DNA from: Ilumatobacteraceae bacterium
Lineage (GTDB): Bacteria > Actinomycetota > Acidimicrobiia > Acidimicrobiales > Ilumatobacteraceae
Reading direction: 5' to 3'
Length of the DNA stretch: 64,000 nt
NCBI GenBank assembly: GCA_044362135.1
Contig: JBIKHN010000001.1
Span: 111-64,110, forward strand
This document shows positions 19,386-28,613 of this stretch, in pieces. The first letter of the stretch is position 1. Every line of letters begins with the position of its first letter. The translations under genes and the position numbers were made by a program. The notes under the pieces were generated by a model. That model did no database searches. It saw only the letters and a list, made by a program, of their open reading frames with translations, and was not told where the DNA came from.

Positions 19386-20036
19386 CTACTTCTTTTTCGC
19401 TACGGCCTTAGCAGGAGCTTTCGCAGCTTTGGCAACCTTTGCAGCTTTAGCAACTGGCTTTGCTGCATCCTTTGCAACGGCTTTAGAAACAGGCTTGGCG
19501 TCATCTTTTGGAATCTGCTTCACGATCTTTGCGCCCTTTGAAGGCTTCAACACACCCTGCTCAAGTGCTGCATCTAGCCACACTTCTGCAGCATCGGTTG
19601 AAACTTTGAGCGCAGGTGAAATTTCTGAAATCAAGTTGATACGAGCGCGGTCGTACATGGTTTTTTCTGCTGCCGACAATGCACTGTCACGGTCACGTGC
19701 AGCCAAGTTACGCACCACTTCGGCAACTTGATACACGTCGCCACTCTTCAACTTTTCTTGGTGGTTCTTAAAACGACGCGACCAGTTTGCTGGCACGCGT
19801 GGGTCGGCCTTTGAAAGCACTGAACGCAAGTCCTCAAGTTCGGACTTCGAAACCGGCGGGCGCACACCAACTTGGTTGGCCATTGCGGTTGGTACCGAAA
19901 GGGTCATCTCATTGATGACGGTCTTCAAAATGAGGTACTCCTGAACCGCGCCAAATGCCTTCATTCGCTTAATGCCGTGCACAATGCAGGCACCGTGTTG
20001 GGGATAAATGACGGTGTCACCTTTTTTGAATTTCAC
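19386..20036 (-). CDS. carD: CarD/CdnL-family RNAP-binding regulator with Lys/Ala-rich C-terminal tail
   Basis: 216 aa. MKFKKGDTVIYPQHGACIV.. Tudor-like N-domain. The last ~55 aa are KPSKGAKIV..AKPVAKAAKVAKAAKAPAKAVAKKK. Confidence 0.85.
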   Translation of the reverse strand: MKFKKGDTVIYPQHGACIVHGIKRMKAFGAVQEYLILKTVINEMTLSVPTAMANQVGVRPPVSKSELEDLRSVLSKADPRVPANWSRRFKNHQEKLKSGDVYQVAEVVRNLAARDRDSALSAAEKTMYDRARINLISEISPALKVSTDAAEVWLDAALEQGVLKPSKGAKIVKQIPKDDAKPVSKAVAKDAAKPVAKAAKVAKAAKAPAKAVAKKK

Positions 20037-20131
20037 TGAAGCGACCTCTCTACAGACTGACCCCGAAAGGATAGGCGTTCAGAGCCCCCAACCCACAATG
20101 CGCGCGATTTTTACTGGTGAAAATGCAATTG

Positions 20132-20205
20132 CGCCCCCGGTAGGAATCGAACCTACGACCTACGGATTAGAAGTCCGCCGCTCTATCCATCTGAGCTACG
20201 GGAGC
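20132..20205 (-). tRNA. tRNA-Arg (anticodon TCT)
   Basis: Hand-folded 74-nt cloverleaf: acceptor GCTCCCG/CGGGGGC, D arm GCTC..GAGC, anticodon stem GCGGA/TCCGT with loop CTTCTAA, T arm GTAGG-TTCGATT-CCTAC. Confidence 0.9.
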
Positions 20206-20250
20206 AATCTGCTTGCTCAAATCTACCGCCCACTCAACTACCGTTTAGCC

Positions 20251-21123
20251 GTGCGTTCACGACTGTTAGTGCTGTTTGCGGCAATCTGTTTCGCCACAAC
20301 TGGCACATCACGCGCACTAGGACCAGACAGCGCAACCTCCCTTGGCGTTGCGGCCATCCGATTCTTTGTTGGCGCCATCGCACTTTTCGCAATTACCACG
20401 CTTATCCGTAAGCCACATGTCACCACGGCAACTCTCCCCTTATATATATGGATCATTGCTGGTTTCGGTCAGGCGATGTATGGGGCAACATTCTTTGCCG
20501 CCGTCCACGAGACTGGAGTGGCCATTGGAACAGTTGTGGCTCTTGGCTCGGCACCAATTCTTACAGGCGTGTTGTCTGCAATCTTGTTTCGTTCACTTCC
20601 CACTCAAACGTGGATACTGGCAACCGCTGCTGCAATCGGAGGAATGTCGCTCATTGTGCTGTCAGGTAACGACACAAACGTTTCAGTAATTGGAATTCTG
20701 TACGCGCTTGGCGCAGGGTTGGGTTACGCACTCTTCGCACTCGCCAGTAAACGCATTGTCCAGTCAGGCGTTGCGAGCGATGTAGCCATGTCACGCGTGT
20801 TCGGCATTGCTGCAGTCATGCTTGCTCCAACATTATTTTTTGTCAACACTGATTGGGTATTTACGCAAGGTGGAATCTCACTCGGGCTATGGCTTGGAAT
20901 TGTGACTGTGGCACTGGCGTACTGGGCATATGCAAGCGGACTTGCACACCTAGAACCGCGTGAAACAACGATGATCACCCTTGCCGAACCAGTTGTTGCA
21001 ACGATGCTTGGCGCCATTGTTCTTGATGAGCGACCAGCAACACTTGCATGGATTGGCATTGTTGTCGTCATCGTTGCACTGGCATACGAGTCGCTAAACA
21101 ATTCATCAAATGTGAAACACTAA
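20251..21123 (+). CDS. EamA/DMT-family transporter
   Basis: ORF 20008..21123 overlaps the tRNA, so it is trimmed to the in-frame GTG 20251 (VRSRLLVLFAAICFATTG..). About 10 TM segments in two EamA-like halves. Ends 4 nt before purH. Confidence 0.65.
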   Translation: MRSRLLVLFAAICFATTGTSRALGPDSATSLGVAAIRFFVGAIALFAITTLIRKPHVTTATLPLYIWIIAGFGQAMYGATFFAAVHETGVAIGTVVALGSAPILTGVLSAILFRSLPTQTWILATAAAIGGMSLIVLSGNDTNVSVIGILYALGAGLGYALFALASKRIVQSGVASDVAMSRVFGIAAVMLAPTLFFVNTDWVFTQGGISLGLWLGIVTVALAYWAYASGLAHLEPRETTMITLAEPVVATMLGAIVLDERPATLAWIGIVVVIVALAYESLNNSSNVKH

Positions 21124-21127
21124 GCAC

Positions 21128-22621
21128 ATGCCTCGCGCGCTGCTCAGTGTGTACGACAAAACTGGAATAGTTGAATTCGCGCAACAACTGCACGAACTTG
21201 GCTGGGAACTTATTTCTAGTGGCGGCACCGCAACAGTCATTTCTGCCGCTGGTATTCCGGTCGTTGATGTCGCTGAAATAACCGGTTATCCCGCCATTCT
21301 CGGACATCGCGTTGTCACGCTGCATCCATCCATCCATGGTGCACTTCTTGGAGATGTCAGTGATCCCGCACATGTTGCCGAGATGCAGCGACTGAATATT
21401 TCACCCATCTCACTAGCAGTCGTCAACTTGTATCCGTTTTCCAGCAATCCCAGTATCGAACTCATCGATGTTGGCGGCCCTGCCATGGTTCGCGCTGCCG
21501 CCAAGAACCACACCCATGTAGCAGTAGTTACTAATCCTTCTCAATACACCGAGGTGCTTGCTGCATTGGCAACGGAGTTGGGCATTGATGCACCTCTGCG
21601 CAAGAGGTTGGCCGCACAAGCATTTGCCGTCACTGCTGAATACGACGCACAAGTAGCGCGGTGGTTTAGCGATGAAACTGCAGCTCTTCCCGAACGAATG
21701 AGCATTCACCTAGTACGTGAAGACGTATTGCGGTACGGCGAGAACCCACATCAACAAGGCGCTCGTTACCGAATTGTTGGTAACACCAGTTGGTGGAGCA
21801 CCGCAAAACAATTGGGTGGCAAAGAGATGAGCTACTTAAATGTGCTTGACAGCGAAGCTGCGTGGAATTTGGTGTCCAATTTTGACAGCCCGTGTGTTGC
21901 CATCATCAAACATGCAAACCCGTGTGGAATGGCCATTGCAAAAACCATTGACATGGCTTACAAGAATGCGTTGGCTTGCGACCCAGTAAGTGCATTTGGA
22001 GGAATCGTCGCCCTGAATCGCACGGTGAATTTAGCGGTTGCCGAACAAGTAGTAGACACATTCACCGAAGTCGTCATTGCTCCAGAATTCACCCCGGACG
22101 CTTTGGTACTTCTGGAGTCGAAAAAGAACTTGCGCATCATTGCTGCCGAGCAGCCAGTGGGCGGACATGTCCATATGCGTTCTATCGATGGCGGAATGCT
22201 TGTGCAGGACGTGGATGTGGTGGAAACTCCCACCGAGTCTTGGCGAGTGGTGTCAACCACTACCCCAACTGAGGAGCAACTTGCCGATGCAGTTGTGGCA
22301 TGGGTTGCGTGTGCATCGGTGTCTTCGAATGCCATCACACTGGTTCGCAACGGTCAAACTGTGGGAATAGGTGGAGGCCAACAGAACCGTATTGATGCAG
22401 CACGACTTGCATGCGAACGTGCTGGTGATCGCGCTCACGGCGCAGTGGCAGCCAGCGATGCGTTCTTTCCATTCCGCGACGGACCAGACCTACTTGCTCG
22501 TCATGGAGTTGCAGTCATCGTGCAGCCTGGCGGAAGTCAGCGCGACGAAGAATCAATCGCCGCCGCCAACGAACATGGCATGGTCATGATCTTCACCGGC
22601 ACGCGACATTTTCGTCATTGA
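21128..22621 (+). CDS. purH: bifunctional AICAR transformylase / IMP cyclohydrolase
   Basis: 497 aa. ALLSVYDKTG, SSGGTA and KHANPCG motifs. Confidence 0.95.
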   Translation: MPRALLSVYDKTGIVEFAQQLHELGWELISSGGTATVISAAGIPVVDVAEITGYPAILGHRVVTLHPSIHGALLGDVSDPAHVAEMQRLNISPISLAVVNLYPFSSNPSIELIDVGGPAMVRAAAKNHTHVAVVTNPSQYTEVLAALATELGIDAPLRKRLAAQAFAVTAEYDAQVARWFSDETAALPERMSIHLVREDVLRYGENPHQQGARYRIVGNTSWWSTAKQLGGKEMSYLNVLDSEAAWNLVSNFDSPCVAIIKHANPCGMAIAKTIDMAYKNALACDPVSAFGGIVALNRTVNLAVAEQVVDTFTEVVIAPEFTPDALVLLESKKNLRIIAAEQPVGGHVHMRSIDGGMLVQDVDVVETPTESWRVVSTTTPTEEQLADAVVAWVACASVSSNAITLVRNGQTVGIGGGQQNRIDAARLACERAGDRAHGAVAASDAFFPFRDGPDLLARHGVAVIVQPGGSQRDEESIAAANEHGMVMIFTGTRHFRH

Positions 22622-22707
22622 ACATTTTGTAAAGCATGTGACAACCGCTCGTTGACTTTTTGTTCAAACCAAGGCTTGAAAAAAGTTCCGACAACTAATG
22701 TCACGCT

Positions 22708-25530
22708 ATGGGAGGCGGTGCGGGCTCAAAATTGACGTCCGAGCACTTGTGTGTCACTTCTCAAAATACCGATCCCCGCGCCATTGCATTACTGCGCTCA
22801 GCACATGATTTAGGAATCACATCCCTCACGGAAATCAATGTTTCCGACTTAGTGTTCTTCCGCGGAAATATTCACGACAACAACAAACATCTGCTTGAGT
22901 CTCTATTAGTCGATTCGTTGCTGCAGCAAGGCTCATGGAACGTCAGTAGCACCGCCCATACGCATGTTGTTGAAACAGCACTACACCCCGGTGTCACCGA
23001 CTCCACCACCGATGAGTTGCAGCGCGTCATTCGTCGCATGAGATTACCCATTGATGGCGTCGCTAGTGGCAAGCGCTATGCACTTCACGGTTCGCTTTCA
23101 TCCAACGAATTAGAGCGGCTCATCTCTGCGCTATTGGCAAACCCAATCATTGAACGTTGGAGCGTAGATTCCCCGATAGAGCCGCTGTTTGTCGACACGC
23201 ACGCGATTGCGACAATTGCAGTGCATCGCGTACCTATTGATGCCGCAACCACTCCAGAACAACTAGCCGTCATCAACAAGGAACGCGGCCTTGCTCTTGA
23301 CCCAGAAGAGTTGATCGCTGTGCGCGAACACTTTTCACAGCGTGGCGTTCACCCCACTGACGTTGAGCTTGAAACCATCGCTCAAACATGGAGCGAGCAT
23401 TGTGCTCACAAAACATTCCGTGCAAATATCACTACCGAAAGCGGCTCTACTCGTCCATCTCTCTTAAACCAATTGCGCGCAAGCACTGACCAAATTAACG
23501 CGCCATACGTTGTCAGCTCATTTGTGGGCAATGCAGGAATTGTCAGCTTTACTCCTGGTCGCACACTGGCGCTGAAATGTGAAACACATAATCACCCAAG
23601 CGCAATTGAACCATTCGGTGGAGCAAACACTGGAGTAGGCGGAGTTATCCGCGACATCATGGGTGCACAACACACGCCCATTGCATGCACCAATATTTTG
23701 TGCTTTGGCCCTCCCGATACCGACACGTTCACTTTGCCCGAAGGCGTGTTTCCGCCTCGGCGCACACGCGATGGAGTGATTGACGGAATTGCCGATTACG
23801 GAAACAAAATTGGCCTTCCCACAGTTGCTGGAGCCGTGTTGTACGACCCCGGGTATACGGCAAATCCACTGGTGTACGCAGGTTGCATCGGCACATCAAA
23901 CTCATTCGTCAACCAAGTTGTGCCACAACCACGTGACCGCATTGTTGTGCTGGGTGGTCGCACGGGTCGCGACGGCCTTCGCGGTGCAACGTTTTCGTCG
24001 ATGACCATGGATGCAACAACAGGTGATGTGTCTGGTGCGAGCGTGCAAATTGGCGACCCAATTACCGAAAAATTGGTGATTGATGTTCTTGTTGACGCAC
24101 AGCATTTGTATCGCACCATTACCGATTGCGGTGCAGGTGGATTGTCTTCTGCAATTGGCGAAATGGCAGAAGGCGTTGGTGCACGCGTTGAATTGACTCA
24201 TGCGCCACTGAAATACCCGGGCCTGGCACCGTGGGAAATCTGGTTGTCAGAAGCTCAAGAGCGAATGGTGCTGGCTGTTGCCCCGCAACAGTGCGATGAA
24301 TTACGCACGCTGTGTGCGCAGCATGGTGTGGAGTACACCGACATGGGTGAGTTCACAGGTGACAACCAACTTGTTGTCACCTATAACGACGAACCAGTAC
24401 TGCAACTGGACACCAATTTTCTATACAACGGCCGACCGCAGCGAAACATGCGTGCAGTGATGCCGAAACCAAACCGAAGAGCAGATCAAAGCGCACCGAA
24501 GTGGCTTTCCCAACACAACGCTGCAGACGTGTTGATGGCGTTGCTCGGTCATCCAAATATTGCAAGCAAGGCTTCGGTCATTCATCGCTACGACCATGAA
24601 ATTCGTGGAGCAACAGCAGTGCGTCCTCTTGTTGGCCAAGTTGGTGATGGTCACGGTGACGGCGTAGTGATTGCCGAACCACTTGATAATTTTGGCTTTG
24701 CCATTGGCATTGGAGTGAACCCCTGGTTTGGCATTCACGATGCAGAACGCATGGCCCTTGCCTGCATCGACGAAGCAATGCGCAACGTTGTAGCCGTTGG
24801 TGCCGACCCCGACAAAGCAGTGTTGCTCGACAACTTTTCGTGGGGCGACCCGCGCCGCGAGACCACACTTGGCGAACTCGCGGCCGCAGTAGATGGTTGT
24901 GTTGCTGGCGCACACGCATTTGCCGCACCATTCGTGTCTGGTAAAGACTCACTGAATAACGAATACCTCGGCAGCGATGGCGAACGCCATTCCGTACCAC
25001 CCACTCTGGTGATTACCGCAGTCGCTCACGTACCAAACGCCGATCTCACCGTTACCGCCGACCTAAAAACCGCAGGAAACACACTCATTTTGGTCGGGCG
25101 AACGCTGCCTGAGTTTGGTGGAAGCCACGCATCCATGGTGTGCCATACGCAATCAACTTGCGTGCCATCCTTTGACGAACGATCGCCTGAAAATTACCGA
25201 ACAGTGCATGCGCTGATGCTGCAACAGAAAATTCGTGCATGCCATGACTGCAGCGAAGGTGGCCTTGGGGTAGCGGTCGCAGAAATGGCAATGGCAGGTC
25301 GACTTGGTGTCGCCCTGCGTGCCACTTCCGACGTTCATACTCACCTATTCAGCGAATCACTAGGGCGTTTAGTTCTTGAAATTGAGGCTGCACACGTAAG
25401 CGACGTGTTGGCAGCACTCCCTGGCGCACAAATCATTGGCTCTGTAACTACAACACCATTCCTTGTGCTTCCAGACAACAGTGCACTTTCAATCGAAGCA
25501 ATGTTGAATGTGTGGCAGGCACCACAATGA
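22708..25530 (+). CDS. purL: FGAM synthase subunit PurL carrying an N-terminal tandem PurS-like domain (PurS-PurL fusion)
   Basis: 940 aa versus ~740 for stand-alone PurL. aa ~85-165, ALHPGVTDSTTDEL..GKRYALHG..LLANPIIERWSV, looks like PurS and is preceded by a second degenerate copy. PurL core starts at ..WSEHCAHKTF. No glutaminase domain. Confidence 0.85.
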   Translation: MGGGAGSKLTSEHLCVTSQNTDPRAIALLRSAHDLGITSLTEINVSDLVFFRGNIHDNNKHLLESLLVDSLLQQGSWNVSSTAHTHVVETALHPGVTDSTTDELQRVIRRMRLPIDGVASGKRYALHGSLSSNELERLISALLANPIIERWSVDSPIEPLFVDTHAIATIAVHRVPIDAATTPEQLAVINKERGLALDPEELIAVREHFSQRGVHPTDVELETIAQTWSEHCAHKTFRANITTESGSTRPSLLNQLRASTDQINAPYVVSSFVGNAGIVSFTPGRTLALKCETHNHPSAIEPFGGANTGVGGVIRDIMGAQHTPIACTNILCFGPPDTDTFTLPEGVFPPRRTRDGVIDGIADYGNKIGLPTVAGAVLYDPGYTANPLVYAGCIGTSNSFVNQVVPQPRDRIVVLGGRTGRDGLRGATFSSMTMDATTGDVSGASVQIGDPITEKLVIDVLVDAQHLYRTITDCGAGGLSSAIGEMAEGVGARVELTHAPLKYPGLAPWEIWLSEAQERMVLAVAPQQCDELRTLCAQHGVEYTDMGEFTGDNQLVVTYNDEPVLQLDTNFLYNGRPQRNMRAVMPKPNRRADQSAPKWLSQHNAADVLMALLGHPNIASKASVIHRYDHEIRGATAVRPLVGQVGDGHGDGVVIAEPLDNFGFAIGIGVNPWFGIHDAERMALACIDEAMRNVVAVGADPDKAVLLDNFSWGDPRRETTLGELAAAVDGCVAGAHAFAAPFVSGKDSLNNEYLGSDGERHSVPPTLVITAVAHVPNADLTVTADLKTAGNTLILVGRTLPEFGGSHASMVCHTQSTCVPSFDERSPENYRTVHALMLQQKIRACHDCSEGGLGVAVAEMAMAGRLGVALRATSDVHTHLFSESLGRLVLEIEAAHVSDVLAALPGAQIIGSVTTTPFLVLPDNSALSIEAMLNVWQAPQ

Positions 25531-26255
25531 GCGCACCACATGCACTCGTACTTACCGCCCCAGGCACTAATCGCCACCCCGACGTGATGTTCGCGTTGCA
25601 ACAGGCTGGTGCAACAACGTCAGCCCTCAACATGCACCAACTTCGCAATCAACCAAGCGCCATCAACAATGCACAAATGGTGGTGGTCGCTGGAGGGTTT
25701 TCATTTGCCGACGCTCTTGGTGCAGGAAGATTATTTGCACTCGAGCTTTCAGAAATTGTTGGAAACGCAATTCAGGTTGCAGCCCAAGCAGGTAAACCCG
25801 TAATTGGTATTTGCAACGGTTTCCAAACTCTTGTGCGACTGGGCGTGTTGCCAGGTAAGCATCGTGCAGCACTTGGACACAATGAAGTCGGTGGATTTCA
25901 ATGCAGTTGGATCTCGATGAAGCCAACGTCGAAACGCAGTGTGTGGACACGAAACCTCACCGAAGATATCTATTGCCCTATCGCACACGGCGAGGGTCGG
26001 TTCACTGCAAGCGACGAAACACTTTCACATCTACGTGATAACGATCAGATTGCACTGACCTATATGGGGCGCAACCCAAATGGAAGCCGAGACGACATCG
26101 CTGGCATCTGCGACGAAACCGGTTTCGTGCTTGGCCTGATGCCCCATCCTGAAAATCATGTCGTTGCGCGCCAGCACCCTCAATACCACCGTGGCCAACT
26201 AAATGGTCTCGGACTTGTACTCTTCGAGCAGGGAGTAGCAATTGCTCGTAGTTGA
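25527..26255 (+). CDS. purQ: FGAM synthase glutaminase subunit
   Basis: ORF 25512..26255 trimmed to the ATG in an ATGA overlap with purL. IGICNGFQ catalytic Cys, MPHPE. Confidence 0.9.
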   Translation: MSAPHALVLTAPGTNRHPDVMFALQQAGATTSALNMHQLRNQPSAINNAQMVVVAGGFSFADALGAGRLFALELSEIVGNAIQVAAQAGKPVIGICNGFQTLVRLGVLPGKHRAALGHNEVGGFQCSWISMKPTSKRSVWTRNLTEDIYCPIAHGEGRFTASDETLSHLRDNDQIALTYMGRNPNGSRDDIAGICDETGFVLGLMPHPENHVVARQHPQYHRGQLNGLGLVLFEQGVAIARS

Positions 26256-27189
26256 CCCGTGTACAGATATTTCGTTGCCGCTTCCCGGTCGCACAGTAGG
26301 CAAGGTGCGAGTGGCCTACGCCCTACCCAATAACGAGCGACTATTTATCACTACCGATCGACTATCTGCTTTTGACCAGATCGTTGCCGCAGTTCCCTAT
26401 AAAGGCCAAGTACTGAATCAGCTCGCGGCATGGTGGTTTGCCAACACAACCGACATCATCAGCAACCACATCGTCTCGTTACCTGATCACAATGCAACCA
26501 TTGCTCAAGGTGCAAAGCCGCTGCCAGTTGAAGTCATTGTGCGTGGCGCCATGACCGGATCAACAAGCACCAGCATCTGGAAACAATACGAACAGGGAAA
26601 TCGCAGCATTTACGGATACTCGTTTGCAGATGGAATTGCCAAAAACACGCTGCTCCCTGAAGCAATCATTACGCCAACCACAAAAGGCGATGCAGGCGCT
26701 CACGACGAACCGCTTACCAATGCTGAAGTTGTAGACCGCGGGCTCGTTGATACAGCGACATGGACAACGGTGCAAAAAGCCGCTCTCGCACTCTTTGCAC
26801 GAGGTCAGCAAGTTGCTCAACGCGCAGGGCTAATGCTCGCCGACACAAAGTACGAATTCGGCACATTGCCGAATGGCGAAGTGATCATCATCGACGAAAT
26901 GCATACTCCCGACTCATCGCGCTTCTGGGAACTTTCGTCATACGAAGAGCGTCTTGCTGCAGCCGAAGAACCAGAGAGCCTGGACAAAGAACCAATTCGT
27001 TTGGCGCTTGATGCTATTGGTTATCGCGGCGACGAAATTCCTCCCGTGCTTGACGAGGCTGTCATTACAGCGACGACCAGGCGTTACATCGCCGCATACG
27101 AACGCCTCACTGGAACCGCGTTTGTTCCAGGCGAATACCCAGTTCAACAACGACTCACATTGGCTCTACAGAAAGCAAACATCATATGA
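26242..27189 (+). CDS. purC: SAICAR synthetase (long form)
   Basis: 315 aa. GKVRVAY, TDRLSAFD and LADTKYEFG motifs. Start is TTG 26242 or TTG 26275 (uncertain). Confidence 0.9.
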   Translation: MLVVDPCTDISLPLPGRTVGKVRVAYALPNNERLFITTDRLSAFDQIVAAVPYKGQVLNQLAAWWFANTTDIISNHIVSLPDHNATIAQGAKPLPVEVIVRGAMTGSTSTSIWKQYEQGNRSIYGYSFADGIAKNTLLPEAIITPTTKGDAGAHDEPLTNAEVVDRGLVDTATWTTVQKAALALFARGQQVAQRAGLMLADTKYEFGTLPNGEVIIIDEMHTPDSSRFWELSSYEERLAAAEEPESLDKEPIRLALDAIGYRGDEIPPVLDEAVITATTRRYIAAYERLTGTAFVPGEYPVQQRLTLALQKANII

Positions 27190-28613
27190 AACGTCAGCAC
27201 CCTTTTTCAGGAGATGCTCCGCGCGAAGAATGCGGAGTTCTCGCCATTTCGTCAACAGAATCAGATGCGGCTCAACTCTCTTTCTTTGGATTGTTCGCTT
27301 TGCAGCATCGAGGCCAAGAAGCAGCCGGCATTGCAGTTGCCGATGGCAAACAAGCACGGCTACATAAAGACGTTGGTCTTGTTGGTCAGGTTTTTACTCC
27401 GCACACACTTGCGCCACTCGTTGGCCAACATGCAATTGGCCACACGCGCTATTCCACAACCGGCGCACCTGGCGCCCGCAATGCTCAACCATTCCTGGTC
27501 GAAACCATTCATGGCCCACTTGCCGTTGCACACAATGGCAACCTGGTGAACGCAGCGGAACTGCGCGAGGAGTTGCTCACTAAAGGTTTCGGGCTTACTG
27601 CAAGCAGCGATACCGAAGTGATCACGCTCATGCTTGCAAGCGCAGGTGGCTCTTCATGGGAAACACGCCTCGAACGCACACTTCCAGCTTGGCAAGGGGC
27701 GTATTCATTGGTCATCCTTGCCGAAAATCGTGTAATTGGCGTACGTGACCCGTGGGGTTTCCGTCCTTTGTCTCTTGGCAAGTTGCCAAATGGCGGATGG
27801 GCGTTTGCATCGGAAACATGCGCGCTACGAACACTGGATTGCACCGACATTAGTGAGGTGCAGCCTGGCGAAATCGTGACAGCCCAAGGCACCGAACTCA
27901 TTCGCAAACAGGCACAAATTCCACACGTGCCGCAGGCACGATGCACATTTGAATTTGTCTACTTCTCGCGACCCGATTCTCAGTGGGATAACCGCAGCGT
28001 GCACTCGGTTCGCCAACGACTAGGTGAACAACTGGCCATAGAGGCACTAGTTGATGCAGACGTCGTTGTACCAGTGCCCGACTCGTCTATTCCCGCAGCC
28101 GTAGGTTTCTCTCGCGTCAGCGGAATTCCGTACAACGACGGTCTCATTAAGAATCGATACATCGGTCGCACATTTATTGAACCAACTCAAAGCATGCGAG
28201 CAAAGGGTGTGGCGATGAAGTTCAACGCTCTTGCCGAAAATTTAGAAGGCAAGCGCGTCATCATGATTGATGATTCGCTGGTTCGTGGAACTACTGCTGG
28301 TCGACTTGTCTCACTACTTCGCGATGCAGGAGCCACCGAAGTGCACGTGCGTATTACCTGCCCACCCATTACACACGCATGTCACTTTGGTGTTGATATG
28401 GGTCACGATGATGACCTGATTTCATCGCGACTTTCATTAGAGGAACTGCGCAAAGAAATTGGTGCAGACTCACTTGCATTCTTATCGCTTGAGGGAATGA
28501 TGAAGGCTGTAGGCAAAGAAGATGGCTATTGCAATGCGTGCTTCACCGGCGACTACCCGATCACCATTACAAAGCGATTGAGCAAAGGAATGTTTGATCA
28601 GGTGTTGGCATGA
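27186..28613 (+). CDS. purF: amidophosphoribosyltransferase
   Basis: 475 aa. N-terminal nucleophile Cys (EECGVLAI), PRTase motif VIMIDDSLVRGTT. Confidence 0.95.
   Translation: MKRQHPFSGDAPREECGVLAISSTESDAAQLSFFGLFALQHRGQEAAGIAVADGKQARLHKDVGLVGQVFTPHTLAPLVGQHAIGHTRYSTTGAPGARNAQPFLVETIHGPLAVAHNGNLVNAAELREELLTKGFGLTASSDTEVITLMLASAGGSSWETRLERTLPAWQGAYSLVILAENRVIGVRDPWGFRPLSLGKLPNGGWAFASETCALRTLDCTDISEVQPGEIVTAQGTELIRKQAQIPHVPQARCTFEFVYFSRPDSQWDNRSVHSVRQRLGEQLAIEALVDADVVVPVPDSSIPAAVGFSRVSGIPYNDGLIKNRYIGRTFIEPTQSMRAKGVAMKFNALAENLEGKRVIMIDDSLVRGTTAGRLVSLLRDAGATEVHVRITCPPITHACHFGVDMGHDDDLISSRLSLEELRKEIGADSLAFLSLEGMMKAVGKEDGYCNACFTGDYPITITKRLSKGMFDQVLA

Noticed and set aside
20008-20250. N-terminal 81 codons of ORF 20008..21123
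   Set aside because: This part reads through the minus-strand tRNA-Arg(TCT) and the carD start region. The EamA-like hydrophobic body begins only after nt ~20250, so the gene was trimmed to GTG 20251.
22622-22760. Possible ZTP (pfl) or purine riboswitch in the purL leader, and upstream of purH
   Set aside because: I looked for the conserved ZTP cores (GGGTCGTGAC.. and ..CCGCCTGGGC) and the purine-riboswitch three-way junction and could not recognise them by eye. This needs a covariance-model scan before anything is claimed.
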